Part shown: one piece after another, positions 20,101 through 30,347 of the stretch
How positions within the stretch are numbered: position 1 is the stretch's first letter
Layout: every line of letters begins with the position of its first letter
From: a virus
Taxonomy: Duplodnaviria; Caudoviricetes
DNA length: 64,000 nt
IMG/VR virus record: IMGVR_UViG_3300028832_000110
Location: 32,001 to 96,000 of that record
Direction: 5' to 3' (one strand)
Notes under the pieces: model-generated
What the model saw: only the letters and a program-made list of their open reading frames with translations
The model's database searches: none
What the model was told of the DNA's origin: nothing
Made by a program: the position numbers and the translations under genes

Positions 20101-21340
20101 TAACAGCCATGTTATTGGGAACAAACACCGTCGAATAGTCTGTATGATCTACTGGCCACCTCTGGAAACTGATGCCCTCGCTGACAATAACGCTGTTTTT
20201 GCCATTGATGGCATTGAGGAATGCGATGGCTTTGTCACGGTCTGGCTCTTCAAAGTCGCGTGTGCCATACCATACCTGCACCCTATACTCTTTGAGGGTA
20301 GTGGTTTCAAAAAGTTCAAAGAATCCAGTAACGGTTACGCCTCCGCACGTCAACTTCAACACATATCTTGGGTTTTCGTCCGTTCCGGGCGATGACTTCG
20401 AGCGTCGAGTATAATACTCGTAGTCAGTGATGTCGGGGATGAAGTGCATTGAAATAGTCGGCGACACACTTGTTGTAACCGTAATCGTAGAATTCAGTAT
20501 GCAGGTCTTACCAAGTTCTGCATAGTAACGAAGAGGAAGATTCTTGTCAGAACCATAAGCAAACAATTTCGTTACTACTTGTTGGTCGTTTTCTGCCTTG
20601 CGTTCAATGGCATAGAGTCCTTTGTTTTTTCCGTATCTGAAAACGTGGTCAACAGGTATGCCCTCGCCGCCAACGATTAAAGCGCGTCCTTTTGTGATGA
20701 AATTCAGTCCGAAATTATTCTTGATGAATTCAAGGGCTGTGCTTACATTGATTTTGTCAACGGCGATATTGACGTTAAATTTCTCGTTTTCTACGGCAGC
20801 AGTAGGATTGCTATGGTCTGTGCCGAAAATCTGCTCCCACAACGAGCTTGCAGCAGCCTTTTTCGTGGGATTGGTGTTATAACGCTGCAAGGTTCTATTG
20901 TAGTTGGGAGTAACCAACAGCCACTCACCGTTATAGCGGTCAATATTTGCCTGCAACCTATCTACGAGGTCATCAACGGTCTCGCAGTAGAAAGAGAATG
21001 TAGGGAGGTTGGTGTAGTGGATATTGTTGTCATACAACACAACGTCAAGGAATCTGACCTCAGACAATTCGGCTGAACGTGCGGATAACTTGACATTCTC
21101 GTACTTGAATGCCTCACCATAACTACCCTTTCTCGCCTGTTTCAATGCAGAGGGAAGGTTGTATATGCAATAGATTTCGTCGCGGTAGATAAGGAAATCA
21201 CCTATCTCCAGTTCAATGGGATTGGGAGAGGTAATCTTAACCATGACATATTCCTCACCCATCCATATATCGTGATACTCCAGATCACTGGCGATATACT
21301 TCTCAACGCCTGACTTGTCAAATATCGTCCACTTTTCCAT
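17198..21340 (-). CDS. tail tip / baseplate hub protein
   Basis: 1380 aa following the distal tail gene; FRYGKNKGLY and VVTKLFAYGSDKNLP.RYY motifs typical of siphophage tail-tip proteins. Confidence 0.75.
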   Translation of the reverse strand: MEKWTIFDKSGVEKYIASDLEYHDIWMGEEYVMVKITSPNPIELEIGDFLIYRDEIYCIYNLPSALKQARKGSYGEAFKYENVKLSARSAELSEVRFLDVVLYDNNIHYTNLPTFSFYCETVDDLVDRLQANIDRYNGEWLLVTPNYNRTLQRYNTNPTKKAAASSLWEQIFGTDHSNPTAAVENEKFNVNIAVDKINVSTALEFIKNNFGLNFITKGRALIVGGEGIPVDHVFRYGKNKGLYAIERKAENDQQVVTKLFAYGSDKNLPLRYYAELGKTCILNSTITVTTSVSPTISMHFIPDITDYEYYTRRSKSSPGTDENPRYVLKLTCGGVTVTGFFELFETTTLKEYRVQVWYGTRDFEEPDRDKAIAFLNAINGKNSVIVSEGISFQRWPVDHTDYSTVFVPNNMAVNMLMLPGFPKYSLAELCKTVIAEGITYVYIRKTPSDAWGDAFMSIEGEHIIRFSNERLKPYIVSGNADLIGIKEGNIQFNEENDDNGLQEVYPSIEGMTVGDVYGTSSEERIDEVRGADVIQDNGVFVGEDEIEPFKIKLKDIGFDLESAVDNSGSLTISMKDGYCGARNFNVKSVVADGTGWILNVDRCHDEALDLWFPYSSHAARGEAARANEAYQIRTGDHFVLLDIDISDSSYIWAASVKMLRKSIYWLLNNNYTRFTYLPKIDEIFMARQHERAMNSPATVISLHDTLKAGMLMLFNDEDLNVDGSVFIDNITIKENGNKGIPTYEIVLRNDKQVGMLQRVQQQVNSLSSYVFGGGGGYSVAQIKGFIRQYGSEYFISRLTDDIAAGRITFEKGLKSLYAAWFGEFYREHPLEGSDKDKGASVAPDGTADFIDLIVRGLVKGTLNVEDLLKVKNLIFSNELKSEGARSGFLDGTGIYMNAKEGLIEADGMNVRGFLRVMELIINRLQLMESDYSFTEGDTTERVDFSDGGQRLVLTMHKEHDNDHTPFYPGDILYAKINDLLDHGTYFTCYVKVISVDLENNTIKVAPYNGVKLNGDPIVPGAKNFTFLGTEIDEDYTAALLEDYELFPDGYEKIVTLTRHGNVADGLENGDDPTSYSDSVKQSQLGRQQSWVLSTTDKRLSFFWNVDKPIIDDNNYALCLGILPDLANLPHDAQGKPIWNVNMPSLYVNTVFYDHQHNANYPAKVVKEDRGQWVAPDSTVPQPTTDYNGQQIFDPYHFKTYTKATWRQYRDDPAYSSLSDADLHKKMMLEFKVDLEISRVWNYGILWECLVDGTTQEPTFGCTDWQIISGNTTFSLKFYRPDGTPYGEYITTRKTNINIPIVPKVIWGMEDISSKVTSWQWKRYLADGTEDKAWGQTHKQRNITITAADMPTGWSAQNPAKFECLAYAANIDTEISAEITF

Positions 21341-21352
21341 AGCATCCAGAGT

Positions 21353-21865
21353 TTACGATACAACATTGAAGTCTTCATCAAGACAAGTCACGGGGTCGGT
21401 AACGCGGAAAGTCGAGGAAAAGTCAGCAATGGAATTGGGATTGATGTCATCATAGAAGAAAAGTCCGTCATCAATTTCCTTGACATATAAGCCCCTGCGC
21501 CCGATTTTCGTATATTCGTCGTAAACAGCAAGAAATACACCAGTTTCAGTGCCACGACAATCAGAGATATAGTTGATGAAATTGCGGAGGTCTGAAGACA
21601 TATTCTCTTCAATTCCATCATACAAGAAGGTCACTTTCAGATCGTATGCCTGAAACCTCAATCCATCCTTTGACATGAATACGTCCTCACCGTCTTCGTC
21701 ATGCCAGTCGCGTGATGGCAGTTCTTTTGACTTGGGGAGGTGCTTGAATGGTAGTTCCTGACAAAGAATGTGATAAGTTTCATATACGTCAACAATCTCG
21801 CCTACATTCTCGTAGTCGGTTCCGTCATACGTTTGCTTCTGTATAAGAATCTTCTTTGGTTCCAT
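21353..21865 (-). CDS. distal tail protein-like
   Basis: KELPSRDWHDEDGED and FRVTDP motifs; lies between tape measure and hub. Confidence 0.65.
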   Translation of the reverse strand: MEPKKILIQKQTYDGTDYENVGEIVDVYETYHILCQELPFKHLPKSKELPSRDWHDEDGEDVFMSKDGLRFQAYDLKVTFLYDGIEENMSSDLRNFINYISDCRGTETGVFLAVYDEYTKIGRRGLYVKEIDDGLFFYDDINPNSIADFSSTFRVTDPVTCLDEDFNVVS

Positions 21866-21881
21866 CGCATAAACTTTGCGG

Positions 21882-21993
21882 CAAATTTAGTAAAACATCT
21901 TTACAATTAATAGAGAAAAATCTATATTATAATCAAAAAATATTATTAATATCTATTTTTAATACCAATGTTAAAGATTTTTTCGTAAGTTTG
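21882..21993. promoter_or_regulatory. divergent Bacteroidota-type promoters
   Basis: -7 box TAAATTTG on the minus strand (21882-21889) and TAAGTTTG on the plus strand (21986-21993), flanking an AT-rich spacer. Confidence 0.6.
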
Positions 21994-22011
21994 CAGCAAA
22001 AATAAGAGGGT

Positions 22012-22530
22012 ATGGAAATAGAAAAACTGAATAATGCTTTGCGTAACGACGCGATTTCCTTCGGTCTGTGTCAGCAGTGGCAGGGCGATTGGAAAAACGA
22101 CTGGAATAAAGAGAAAATGGTGGATAAGTTTTTTGAGGGCATGGATTTCTGCCTGAAATACCGCTATCCAACCAACCAATTCATCAAGGATAATTTCGAC
22201 TTGGAATTCAGACGCGAAAGCAACGTCCTCGTCGATGACAAATATTCTCTATTGAATCCTGCCCGGGCTTTGGTCTGTGGAAATTCCACATCTACCATGC
22301 GCTTCAATGCCAGGAACCAAGGCTTGATATATGTGCGTGACAGCTCAGACATAAAAATATTAGCCAGTGGAAACGCCTTTGTTCTGGTTCATGTATTAGA
22401 CGATGCCTGCGTTCGCGTCGAACAGAAGGATAAGGCGAAGGTGGTAATTATCAATCATTCCCAAGACTCAGTAATCATAGCAGATTCTGATGTTAAGGTA
22501 AGGGAAGAATTGGACTGGCTGAAGAAATAA
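22012..22530 (+). CDS. conserved hypothetical protein, inverted relative to the tail operon
   Basis: 172 aa; GLCQQW and GMDFC motifs with a beta-solenoid-like C-terminus; has its own promoter and terminator. Confidence 0.75.
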   Translation: MEIEKLNNALRNDAISFGLCQQWQGDWKNDWNKEKMVDKFFEGMDFCLKYRYPTNQFIKDNFDLEFRRESNVLVDDKYSLLNPARALVCGNSTSTMRFNARNQGLIYVRDSSDIKILASGNAFVLVHVLDDACVRVEQKDKAKVVIINHSQDSVIIADSDVKVREELDWLKK

Positions 22531-22623
22531 GGTTTTTTCATAGTAATAAATAATTGTTTTAGGTTAGTAGTAATATTTATAGTTTTAGGTTTTTTCAGCA
22601 ACATTATAATTTTAATGTTACAG

Positions 22624-22668
22624 AAAAAAAAAGGAAGCGGAAATTCGTGAGAACTACCGCTTCTTTTT
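22624..22668. terminator. bidirectional intrinsic terminator
   Basis: A-run, GAAGCGG...CCGCTTC, T-run, between convergent genes. Confidence 0.65.
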
Positions 22669-22688
22669 TACAATTATTCCAGAACGTG

Positions 22689-25600
22689 TTATTGCACCTT
22701 TATTCCGTCAACACCGTTAGCGAACCTATCAAGTCTGTTGCTGATATTCTCTATCATGCCGTAGATTTTTCCAGTCTCGCTAAACATCACCGCCAAAGCA
22801 GCCACATTCTTATCAATACTGCGCAAGGTTGTATTAACAGAAGTAACCTGCTGCATATACGCTCCCCAATACTCAGACACGAACTGAGTCAGAAGCATTC
22901 TATTAACAGCAACGTCAGCTCTGATGGCATTGATATAGCTTGCCAATAGGTCTGCTGTTTCCTCGGTAATGCTCTTGATAGAGCCACTGAGCGAACTTGT
23001 TTCTTTATTCTTGATGGAAAGTCCGGCTTGATTGACACCCTCTTCAAAGGCTTGGAGGAATTGCTGACCTGCCTTGATAGCCTGCTCACCTTCACCACCC
23101 TTACCAAAGAACTGAGAAATAACATTAGTTACTTGCTTTGCGCTCTTTTCGGGGTTGTCAATGTCGAATATGCCTCCAGTCCATGTGCCATCGGCATTCT
23201 TTACGCCGAATATCTTTGCCTGCAACCTATCCATGATAGGCTCAATTATAGCAAGTTGCATCATCTTACTTGCAAGGCTGCGAAGAATATCCTCAACGGC
23301 ATTCTTATAGGCTTTCGCCATATCCGTACCATTCTCGAAAGCAGTAGCGAGGGCATCGGTAAGCTGTTGCGCCCATCCTTTGAGGTCAATACCCCACAAC
23401 TCGTTTGCAAGGTCTAAGGCGAAGTAATGAATCTGATCGTCTAATTCGGCAATCTTACCTTTGTATTCCTCCAATGCAGAATCCGAACTATCCTTCTTAT
23501 CATATTCGGCATTATACATTTCCATGTACCTCTCTCTCTCGGAACGGAGATTTGCAAGTTGCTGCTTATAGCCAGTACCATCACCATTCTCTTGGTAGTA
23601 GTGATACATGGCTTCCTCGGCAGGGGAATTGAATCCTCTACCATATCTACTGCCCTTCAATATTGCACCCAAAAGACCAGTTTGCTTATTTGCAAAATCT
23701 ACATTTTCTTGATGGTAGTATTGGGAAGAATACGACTGGCGGTTATTACCAGTATCGTAACCAAGGGTTCTTTCTCTTGCTTTGAGGATCAATGCCGTGT
23801 TATTCTCGATTTTCGTAACCTCGGCTTTCAGTTCCTCAATCTTCTCTTGCAGTCCTTTGTCTGGATTAAACAAGTCAGAGAGTCCGAAGTCGAGTCCGAA
23901 GAGTCCACCGATACCGTCAATGGCACTTGCAACAATGTTACCCGCACCCTTCACCACTGAGCCGATGATTTGCGGGATATTGGAGATAACGGCTTCGATG
24001 ACGGAGGCAATCTTGTTAAGAAGTCCGTCGATAAAGCCCACTGGATCATCACCAAGCGTATCTATAATCTGTAATATCGCGCCGACAACGCCTCCGATAC
24101 TCTTTCCTGCCTCACCGAACAGTTGACCGACATTCTTAGCGAGTTCGCCATCACCCTTGATGACTTTTACGATATTGCCGATACCAAGCACAAGCCCTGA
24201 CAAAGAGCCTTGTGTAAATTGACCAAGTGCGGTAGAGAAATTATCCAGACCATCGGCAATATCATCACTCTTCTTTTTGAGATTTTGACCGCTTTGGTTT
24301 ACATTGGACTGATTCTCGCTTACTTCTTTATCAGCCTGCTTTTTCTTCTTAGTGGCTTCCTCCTTACGCTTTTTGGCATCGTCTTTCTCAGCCTTTGTCT
24401 TAGCATTGAGATAATCTTCCTCGGCCTTAGTTTCCTCGGCAGTGGCTTGCTGCAACCGCTTCATGCTATCAACAAGTGCGGCTACGTTCTTTACAAAGAT
24501 TTCCTTGGCCGTCATCACATCACCCCAAGCCCCTACATTAAACGGGCTTGTTGCGGTCTGAGAAGCACCACTAACCTTATTCTGCAAGTCAATATACTGC
24601 TGTTGCTGACTTGGGGTTAGCTTCTTGAAGTCCTCACCATTGATGATAGCGGATAACTGACGGTCAAGTTCCCTTGCCGTGCCTTTGAGCACATTTCCGA
24701 CAATGCCGAAAGCCTGATCAATCTGAGTGCTGTTGACAATAGCTTCCATATTCTCCACTTTCCTCTGGTTCTCAGCCTGAGTCTTGCGGGTGTTATATTC
24801 GGGTTGACCAATCTTACCGATTCTCTTCAACGTATTCAAATGCGTAATGGTAGCCAGATACTCGCTATTGATTTTGGCTATCTTGTCTTTCAATGAGCGA
24901 GAGTCCACAACCATCTTTGCATAGGCAGTGATAGCATCATTCTTTACGGTAATCTGTATCTCACGCCATTTCTCCATAGCGTTGACGATACCCTCTATCT
25001 GCTGCTGATAGCCTTGCAATGCCTTACGATATGAATCCTCGTCGGCAAAGTCTATACGGTTAAGGGTTGGCATAGCAGCCGTAACCATATCCTTTATCTG
25101 CGTATTAGACATGGAGGTGTCGAAGGTTATCTTATCCAGAATATTGGATTGCTTCAGAACGTCCTCTATCTCGCTACGAACGGCATCGGCTTGTGTACGG
25201 AAGACGTGTTCACCGCCAATATCTGCGAGGCTTGCAGCAAGCATCCTATCACCAGTGGTTTCGACAACGGACTTGTATATATCCCAACGCTTTGTCAGAT
25301 CGTCGAGTTGCTTTGCCATCTGCGAAGCCCAACGTTCTGAGGCGCGAGTGAGAGAATCGTAGTTGATGTCGGTAAGGAGGGATTCGGCTTGACGCAAAAC
25401 CCTAAGTGCCTGCTCACCGTTATTGAACTTTTTCTGCCCCCTCTGCTCCTTATAACGTGCAAGGGCATCGCGGCGTATCTGGTCGATGTATTGGGCGTAC
25501 TCGGCAATGTTGTTGACATCAATATCCATTCTCAACTTGATATTGGGGTCTTTGCGCCATTCGTCGAAAATATCACCGTATTTCTCTACGACCTCATTGA

Positions 25601-28600
25601 TAGCGGCTTCGTGACCAACCTTTTTCTCCCACTTATCATACCAGTCGTAGGCTTCTTTGAGGATGCGGATTCTTTCATCCCACCTCTTAGCAAATTCATC
25701 GTGATAGGATTTTGAGCCTCCCTTATTCTTGTTTTTGTCGGAGAGGTCAATACCCTCGGCTTTGGCGTAGGCTTCATAACCTTCCATAGCCACCATATTC
25801 TTATAGTGGCTCCTGGCTTCATCGAAACTGATTCCTGCGCTCTTCTCAAAGCCGGAGAAATCAAAGATGTGGTTGTCTTTGGTTACGTCAACGCCAAACT
25901 TTTCCTTCATATATTTGGCAAAGGACTCGGCACTACCGCCTTGGAAATCTGCCTTTACCTTAATATGCAGGGCATTGGTGGCGATTTCATCCTTCAACTC
26001 CTTATATTTCTTCTTTGACTTGTCAACCCAATCCGTGAAGGTCTCACAACTCTTGATAAGGGAGTTAAAGGTGGTATCACCTAACTTATGCTTGTTTCCT
26101 GCAAGTTCCTGCCACAATTCCTGATACGGACTCTTTGACTTCAAAGCCTCATTGAAAGCAGACTCGAAAATCCTCGGCGTGTCTTTAATGAGGTTTTGCA
26201 GGGCTTGATTCCAGAGCCAGTTCTGTGAAGACAAATCGGAGGTAAGGGCGCGAAGTGCATCCTGCACCTTCTCGTCGGTAAACTGAGAGTTTTCGTCAAC
26301 GACTGCACCAAGGGCTTCTTTGGCTTTTGCGCCCAAGTTCTTTAGGATAAGCTGATTGATGACGGCATCGAACTCGCTGCTCTGACCCAGACTATTCAAC
26401 AATATGCTGTTGATGACTTGGGATTGAGCGGCGGGATCAGTCATTTTCTCCTGCTCAAACAACTTATTCATCCAGTCATTGAGGGCATAGCCGAAGACAT
26501 CTGACTGCATATCCTTCGGCAGTTTCGCAATCTCTTGATTGAACTTGTTTTGCAAGCCCTGAACGATAATCGGAACTTGGTCTTCCATATCCTGCTTTGC
26601 CTCACGAAGTGCTTTCTCTGAGGTGAAAGCAGCCCAAATGGTCTTTGGCAGGGTGTTCTCACCTGCAACTGAGCCATTCTTGAACGTGAGTTTAGGCATA
26701 AAGCTGTTGTCATCGCCTCCAGTATTAGGCAGGCTCTTCAGCCAACGTCTGAATATGGCATCGCGGTCTTTTACGATGTCAAGTCCGTATTTCTCTGCCA
26801 TTTCCTTGAAAATGGCTTCATTCTCTTGGAAGAAATTACGCAGCTCTTCCTTGTTGACATTGGTAAGGGCTGTCATATTCTCACTTAGGGCATCGGCATA
26901 GTCTTTGGCATTAGTGCCGAATTCTTGGCTATGCAATGCTCCAGTCCAGAATCCTTCGCCATGTCTCTCGCCACTGGCATCGGTAAATGCCGTTCCCCAA
27001 CCACCAGTCTTTGCGTTGAGGTCTGCAAGGAAACTCTGGTGACTGCCAACGATATTCTTAGCGGTTTCCATAGCAGCAACCTTCTTTGCTGCTTCTACGG
27101 CTTGATCGGCTTGCTTATCGAATTTCTCTATGTCAAAGAGGTCGCCTTTATACATAGGTGACATATCCTGAATCTTTTCCATAAAGGCATCAAGCACTTG
27201 GTTCACACCGTGAGCCTCAATAGCCGCTTTGTCGATGTCGAAGAGTACACCACCTCTGCTGACACTACCGCCTGCGCTCTGTTTGTAGATGTCTTTATAG
27301 TTGTCGAGGAAATCCGTGAGTGCCGATGCGTCTTGCCTTGCGGCTTCACCAGTGGACGTAGCCAGATCGTCAATCTTCTGCCTTGCCTCCTGCGAATGCG
27401 ATACCAATGCCATGATACCAGTGACGGCGGCAAATATCCACGTCATAGGATTGGTGGCCATGGCAATCATCGTGGCTTTCATTTCTGCTGCAAGCATACG
27501 AAGACTGAGCTGAACACGAAGCATGGTGCGGTTGTAGGCAGACATAGAGTTGATTTCCTTGATAGTGGCGGCATTAACGCCTGCACTTGCAAGAATCTGT
27601 GCTCTCGCGGCCTTGGAGAGATTATTTCTGAGGGCTATCTGCATCTTTTGTGTGGCGGTAAGTTCCTTGCTCGATGCAATTTCCTTAACCTGCGATGCCA
27701 ACAAACCCTTTGCGCCATAGCTGCTGCTACCCAACTCATAGCGGGTCTTGCCGTTGATGGGAGATTGGTATCTCCACATATTATTGACAGCACCGACTTG
27801 GCTTCTCTGGAACGATTCTTTCTGAACCTGCGCCATCAAAGCACCGTATGTTGCCAATGCCTGCTTACCCATAATGCCATTGTATGCGAGCATAGCAACC
27901 TTAGCTGCTCCTAAGCCCCATACGACATCCATTATAATATTATAATAGGTGCGCCAATTCTCGGTAACATCATTTATGACATCTACGCTTGTGGTAAGGA
28001 AACCGTGATTTGCCTTACCCATTTCCGACATCATAATGTTGTAGTTGTTGCGGAGGTTACGCAGTTTACCACCAAGGGTTTCAAACTGGCGTATCTGCAT
28101 ATTGTAGAACTGACCACCTTCCTTATCCAATCCCAATATCACGTTCTGCACGTCCTCAAAAGGAATGTCGCGCTTACGCATACGACCATATAGGCTCTTA
28201 CGTGTGACGCGCTCCATGACCTTACCCTGCTTTGCGGCTTCATCGGCTTGGTTGTTGTAATACTTGACAAGTTCGCCCATGAGGTCGATACCTGCTGTCT
28301 CAAACTGGCGGTTCTGAATACCAGAGAGATAGCCGTAAGCCTTGACGTGACCGAATGCAAGAATAAGGCGTTGAACGTCAACGCTAAGTCCTGCACCAAT
28401 ATCGGTAAGGGCTTTCATGGTGTCGTACAACTGAGGCGTGTCGATGTTGAATGCAGCCAACTGTCTGGTTGACTTGATAAGGTCTTGGAAGGTATAAGGC
28501 GACATCTGCGACAAATCTCTGATCTGTCCGTAGAGCTGTTGGGCTGTGGCTGCACTACCGATGATAACCTCCAACGATTTCTGTTGAAGTTCAAGTTCAC

Positions 28601-30041
28601 CAGTGATGTTAGCCATTTCCTTCACGAATTGCTGTGCGCCATAGACACTGAGGTACTGCATCATCATACCCCTCAGATCACTTAGGACTTGGGATTGGTG
28701 CTGTCCGGCATTGATGCTTTGACGGATGGCTTGTGCCAAACGCTCTTCCTCATTGGAGAGCTGACGTACTGCCGATGCAGTGGAAGAGGCAGTACCCTGC
28801 GTCTTCTGCATTTCAGCGTTCCAACGCTCCTGCTCCTTAATGAGATTGACAAGAATATCCTTCGCAATCTTGAAGTCAGCAGTATTGAGGTAGTCGCTTG
28901 CGCTCATACCCTTAAAACTGCCAGTAGTGGAGATAATATCCAACTCAGCCTTGAACCGCTTCATCAACTCAATCTGCTCACGCAATTTGGTGGTGTCACC
29001 TCCGAATTCGTTGCCGACCTTCATAGCGGCGTTGGCATTGTGGAGAATTTTGTCAAGTTCATAGACGGCATATTTCGCACGTTCTACGCTCTTGATGGTA
29101 TTGGTAAGGGCATTGACACCAGTATCGCCTCCAGTAAGGTTCAACGAGGACATGGTTGCGCGGACATTGCGGATGACCTCGCCTAATCCCGTCATAAAAT
29201 TCCGCATTCCCTCGTCTTGGGAAATTGTGAGGTGGAATTTCTTGAAATTCGCGTCAAGAATTTCCATTGCATCAGCAGCCTTTTTTATTCTCTCAGAAAA
29301 TGCGCTGAAATTATCGTGTTGGATGGCTTTCTTTACGGCGTTGATTTCTGAAACGACATTGCCGATGCTCTCCATGACGATGGATGCAACGGCTCTGACC
29401 TGCTGCTGAAAAATCTTCAATGTCGAACTGTCATTGCCGACATTGTATAATTGGTCAAACATTCGCATGACACGCGAAATCTCCGTCTGAGCCTCTGCGC
29501 TGAAATTCTTCATGCCGCCTTTTTTCTCCATGGCCGACTGGAATTTCAGCATTTCGGCAGTCAGTTCCTTCATATATCCAGTCATGGACTGAATATTTAC
29601 GTTTGGAACTTCGGAGAAAGCAGAGTTGAGCGCGGTGCCCATTTTCTGGATGCGATTAAAGATGTCGGAACTATGCCCCGTTTGCAGAGACAGATTCTCG
29701 TTCTTTAATTTCTCGATGGCCGCAGACAGCTCACGCATCTGCTGTAAAGCCGACTGAAAAGCGGGAATGTCACCTGCGTTCTGTTTCGAGAACAGACTTT
29801 CGGTAACATTTTTCACGCTTTTCACCTGCTCCATAAAAGTGGATAGGTCTGGCAACTTGAACGTGAAGCCGTTATTATCATGCCCTAACCGATTCAAGAG
29901 CTGATTCAGTTCTGGAACACCCTTAACGTCAATCGTCACGGTTTTACCCGACAACTGATTGAGCCTACTAACAATGGAATTTAATTCAGAGTTTTTCGCC
30001 TCCTTAATTCCTATCTCAAAAGCTAATGCGTTTAGTGCCAT
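22689..30041 (-). CDS. tape measure protein
   Basis: 2450 aa, helical/coiled-coil; tape-measure core (SPYTFQDL..STRQLAAF, FETLGGKLRNLRN); follows the tail chaperones. Confidence 0.9.
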   Translation of the reverse strand: MALNALAFEIGIKEAKNSELNSIVSRLNQLSGKTVTIDVKGVPELNQLLNRLGHDNNGFTFKLPDLSTFMEQVKSVKNVTESLFSKQNAGDIPAFQSALQQMRELSAAIEKLKNENLSLQTGHSSDIFNRIQKMGTALNSAFSEVPNVNIQSMTGYMKELTAEMLKFQSAMEKKGGMKNFSAEAQTEISRVMRMFDQLYNVGNDSSTLKIFQQQVRAVASIVMESIGNVVSEINAVKKAIQHDNFSAFSERIKKAADAMEILDANFKKFHLTISQDEGMRNFMTGLGEVIRNVRATMSSLNLTGGDTGVNALTNTIKSVERAKYAVYELDKILHNANAAMKVGNEFGGDTTKLREQIELMKRFKAELDIISTTGSFKGMSASDYLNTADFKIAKDILVNLIKEQERWNAEMQKTQGTASSTASAVRQLSNEEERLAQAIRQSINAGQHQSQVLSDLRGMMMQYLSVYGAQQFVKEMANITGELELQQKSLEVIIGSAATAQQLYGQIRDLSQMSPYTFQDLIKSTRQLAAFNIDTPQLYDTMKALTDIGAGLSVDVQRLILAFGHVKAYGYLSGIQNRQFETAGIDLMGELVKYYNNQADEAAKQGKVMERVTRKSLYGRMRKRDIPFEDVQNVILGLDKEGGQFYNMQIRQFETLGGKLRNLRNNYNIMMSEMGKANHGFLTTSVDVINDVTENWRTYYNIIMDVVWGLGAAKVAMLAYNGIMGKQALATYGALMAQVQKESFQRSQVGAVNNMWRYQSPINGKTRYELGSSSYGAKGLLASQVKEIASSKELTATQKMQIALRNNLSKAARAQILASAGVNAATIKEINSMSAYNRTMLRVQLSLRMLAAEMKATMIAMATNPMTWIFAAVTGIMALVSHSQEARQKIDDLATSTGEAARQDASALTDFLDNYKDIYKQSAGGSVSRGGVLFDIDKAAIEAHGVNQVLDAFMEKIQDMSPMYKGDLFDIEKFDKQADQAVEAAKKVAAMETAKNIVGSHQSFLADLNAKTGGWGTAFTDASGERHGEGFWTGALHSQEFGTNAKDYADALSENMTALTNVNKEELRNFFQENEAIFKEMAEKYGLDIVKDRDAIFRRWLKSLPNTGGDDNSFMPKLTFKNGSVAGENTLPKTIWAAFTSEKALREAKQDMEDQVPIIVQGLQNKFNQEIAKLPKDMQSDVFGYALNDWMNKLFEQEKMTDPAAQSQVINSILLNSLGQSSEFDAVINQLILKNLGAKAKEALGAVVDENSQFTDEKVQDALRALTSDLSSQNWLWNQALQNLIKDTPRIFESAFNEALKSKSPYQELWQELAGNKHKLGDTTFNSLIKSCETFTDWVDKSKKKYKELKDEIATNALHIKVKADFQGGSAESFAKYMKEKFGVDVTKDNHIFDFSGFEKSAGISFDEARSHYKNMVAMEGYEAYAKAEGIDLSDKNKNKGGSKSYHDEFAKRWDERIRILKEAYDWYDKWEKKVGHEAAINEVVEKYGDIFDEWRKDPNIKLRMDIDVNNIAEYAQYIDQIRRDALARYKEQRGQKKFNNGEQALRVLRQAESLLTDINYDSLTRASERWASQMAKQLDDLTKRWDIYKSVVETTGDRMLAASLADIGGEHVFRTQADAVRSEIEDVLKQSNILDKITFDTSMSNTQIKDMVTAAMPTLNRIDFADEDSYRKALQGYQQQIEGIVNAMEKWREIQITVKNDAITAYAKMVVDSRSLKDKIAKINSEYLATITHLNTLKRIGKIGQPEYNTRKTQAENQRKVENMEAIVNSTQIDQAFGIVGNVLKGTARELDRQLSAIINGEDFKKLTPSQQQQYIDLQNKVSGASQTATSPFNVGAWGDVMTAKEIFVKNVAALVDSMKRLQQATAEETKAEEDYLNAKTKAEKDDAKKRKEEATKKKKQADKEVSENQSNVNQSGQNLKKKSDDIADGLDNFSTALGQFTQGSLSGLVLGIGNIVKVIKGDGELAKNVGQLFGEAGKSIGGVVGAILQIIDTLGDDPVGFIDGLLNKIASVIEAVISNIPQIIGSVVKGAGNIVASAIDGIGGLFGLDFGLSDLFNPDKGLQEKIEELKAEVTKIENNTALILKARERTLGYDTGNNRQSYSSQYYHQENVDFANKQTGLLGAILKGSRYGRGFNSPAEEAMYHYYQENGDGTGYKQQLANLRSERERYMEMYNAEYDKKDSSDSALEEYKGKIAELDDQIHYFALDLANELWGIDLKGWAQQLTDALATAFENGTDMAKAYKNAVEDILRSLASKMMQLAIIEPIMDRLQAKIFGVKNADGTWTGGIFDIDNPEKSAKQVTNVISQFFGKGGEGEQAIKAGQQFLQAFEEGVNQAGLSIKNKETSSLSGSIKSITEETADLLASYINAIRADVAVNRMLLTQFVSEYWGAYMQQVTSVNTTLRSIDKNVAALAVMFSETGKIYGMIENISNRLDRFANGVDGIKVQ

Positions 30042-30053
30042 ATCCTTAATTTT

Positions 30054-30347
30054 TTATTCAGTTTCTTCTTGATTCACTGGAATTTTCTCTCCAGTGGCGA
30101 GGAAATGCTTCATGTCGAATTTCCTGCGCTTTTTACGCTCTTTCCACTTCTCTACCGACCTCTTCAGTTTTTCTTCGTCTGGAATGTAGCCGGATTCACC
30201 TGGCTTTTTACCATCATTCTTGTCACGCTTTTTATAGCAGGTAAACGGCGCATCAATTTCTATCAGTTCGATTTGCGCTGCTGTATGACCCCAATAATAT
30301 TCGTACATCTGAACCCTTATCAAACCGAAGAAAAAATAGCGCGGCAT
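30054..30347 (-). CDS. tail assembly chaperone, second ORF (T-like; reachable by -1 frameshift)
   Basis: In the -1 frame relative to 30347..30904 and open from the slippery site through to this ORF. Confidence 0.7.
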   Translation of the reverse strand: MPRYFFFGLIRVQMYEYYWGHTAAQIELIEIDAPFTCYKKRDKNDGKKPGESGYIPDEEKLKRSVEKWKERKKRRKFDMKHFLATGEKIPVNQEETE

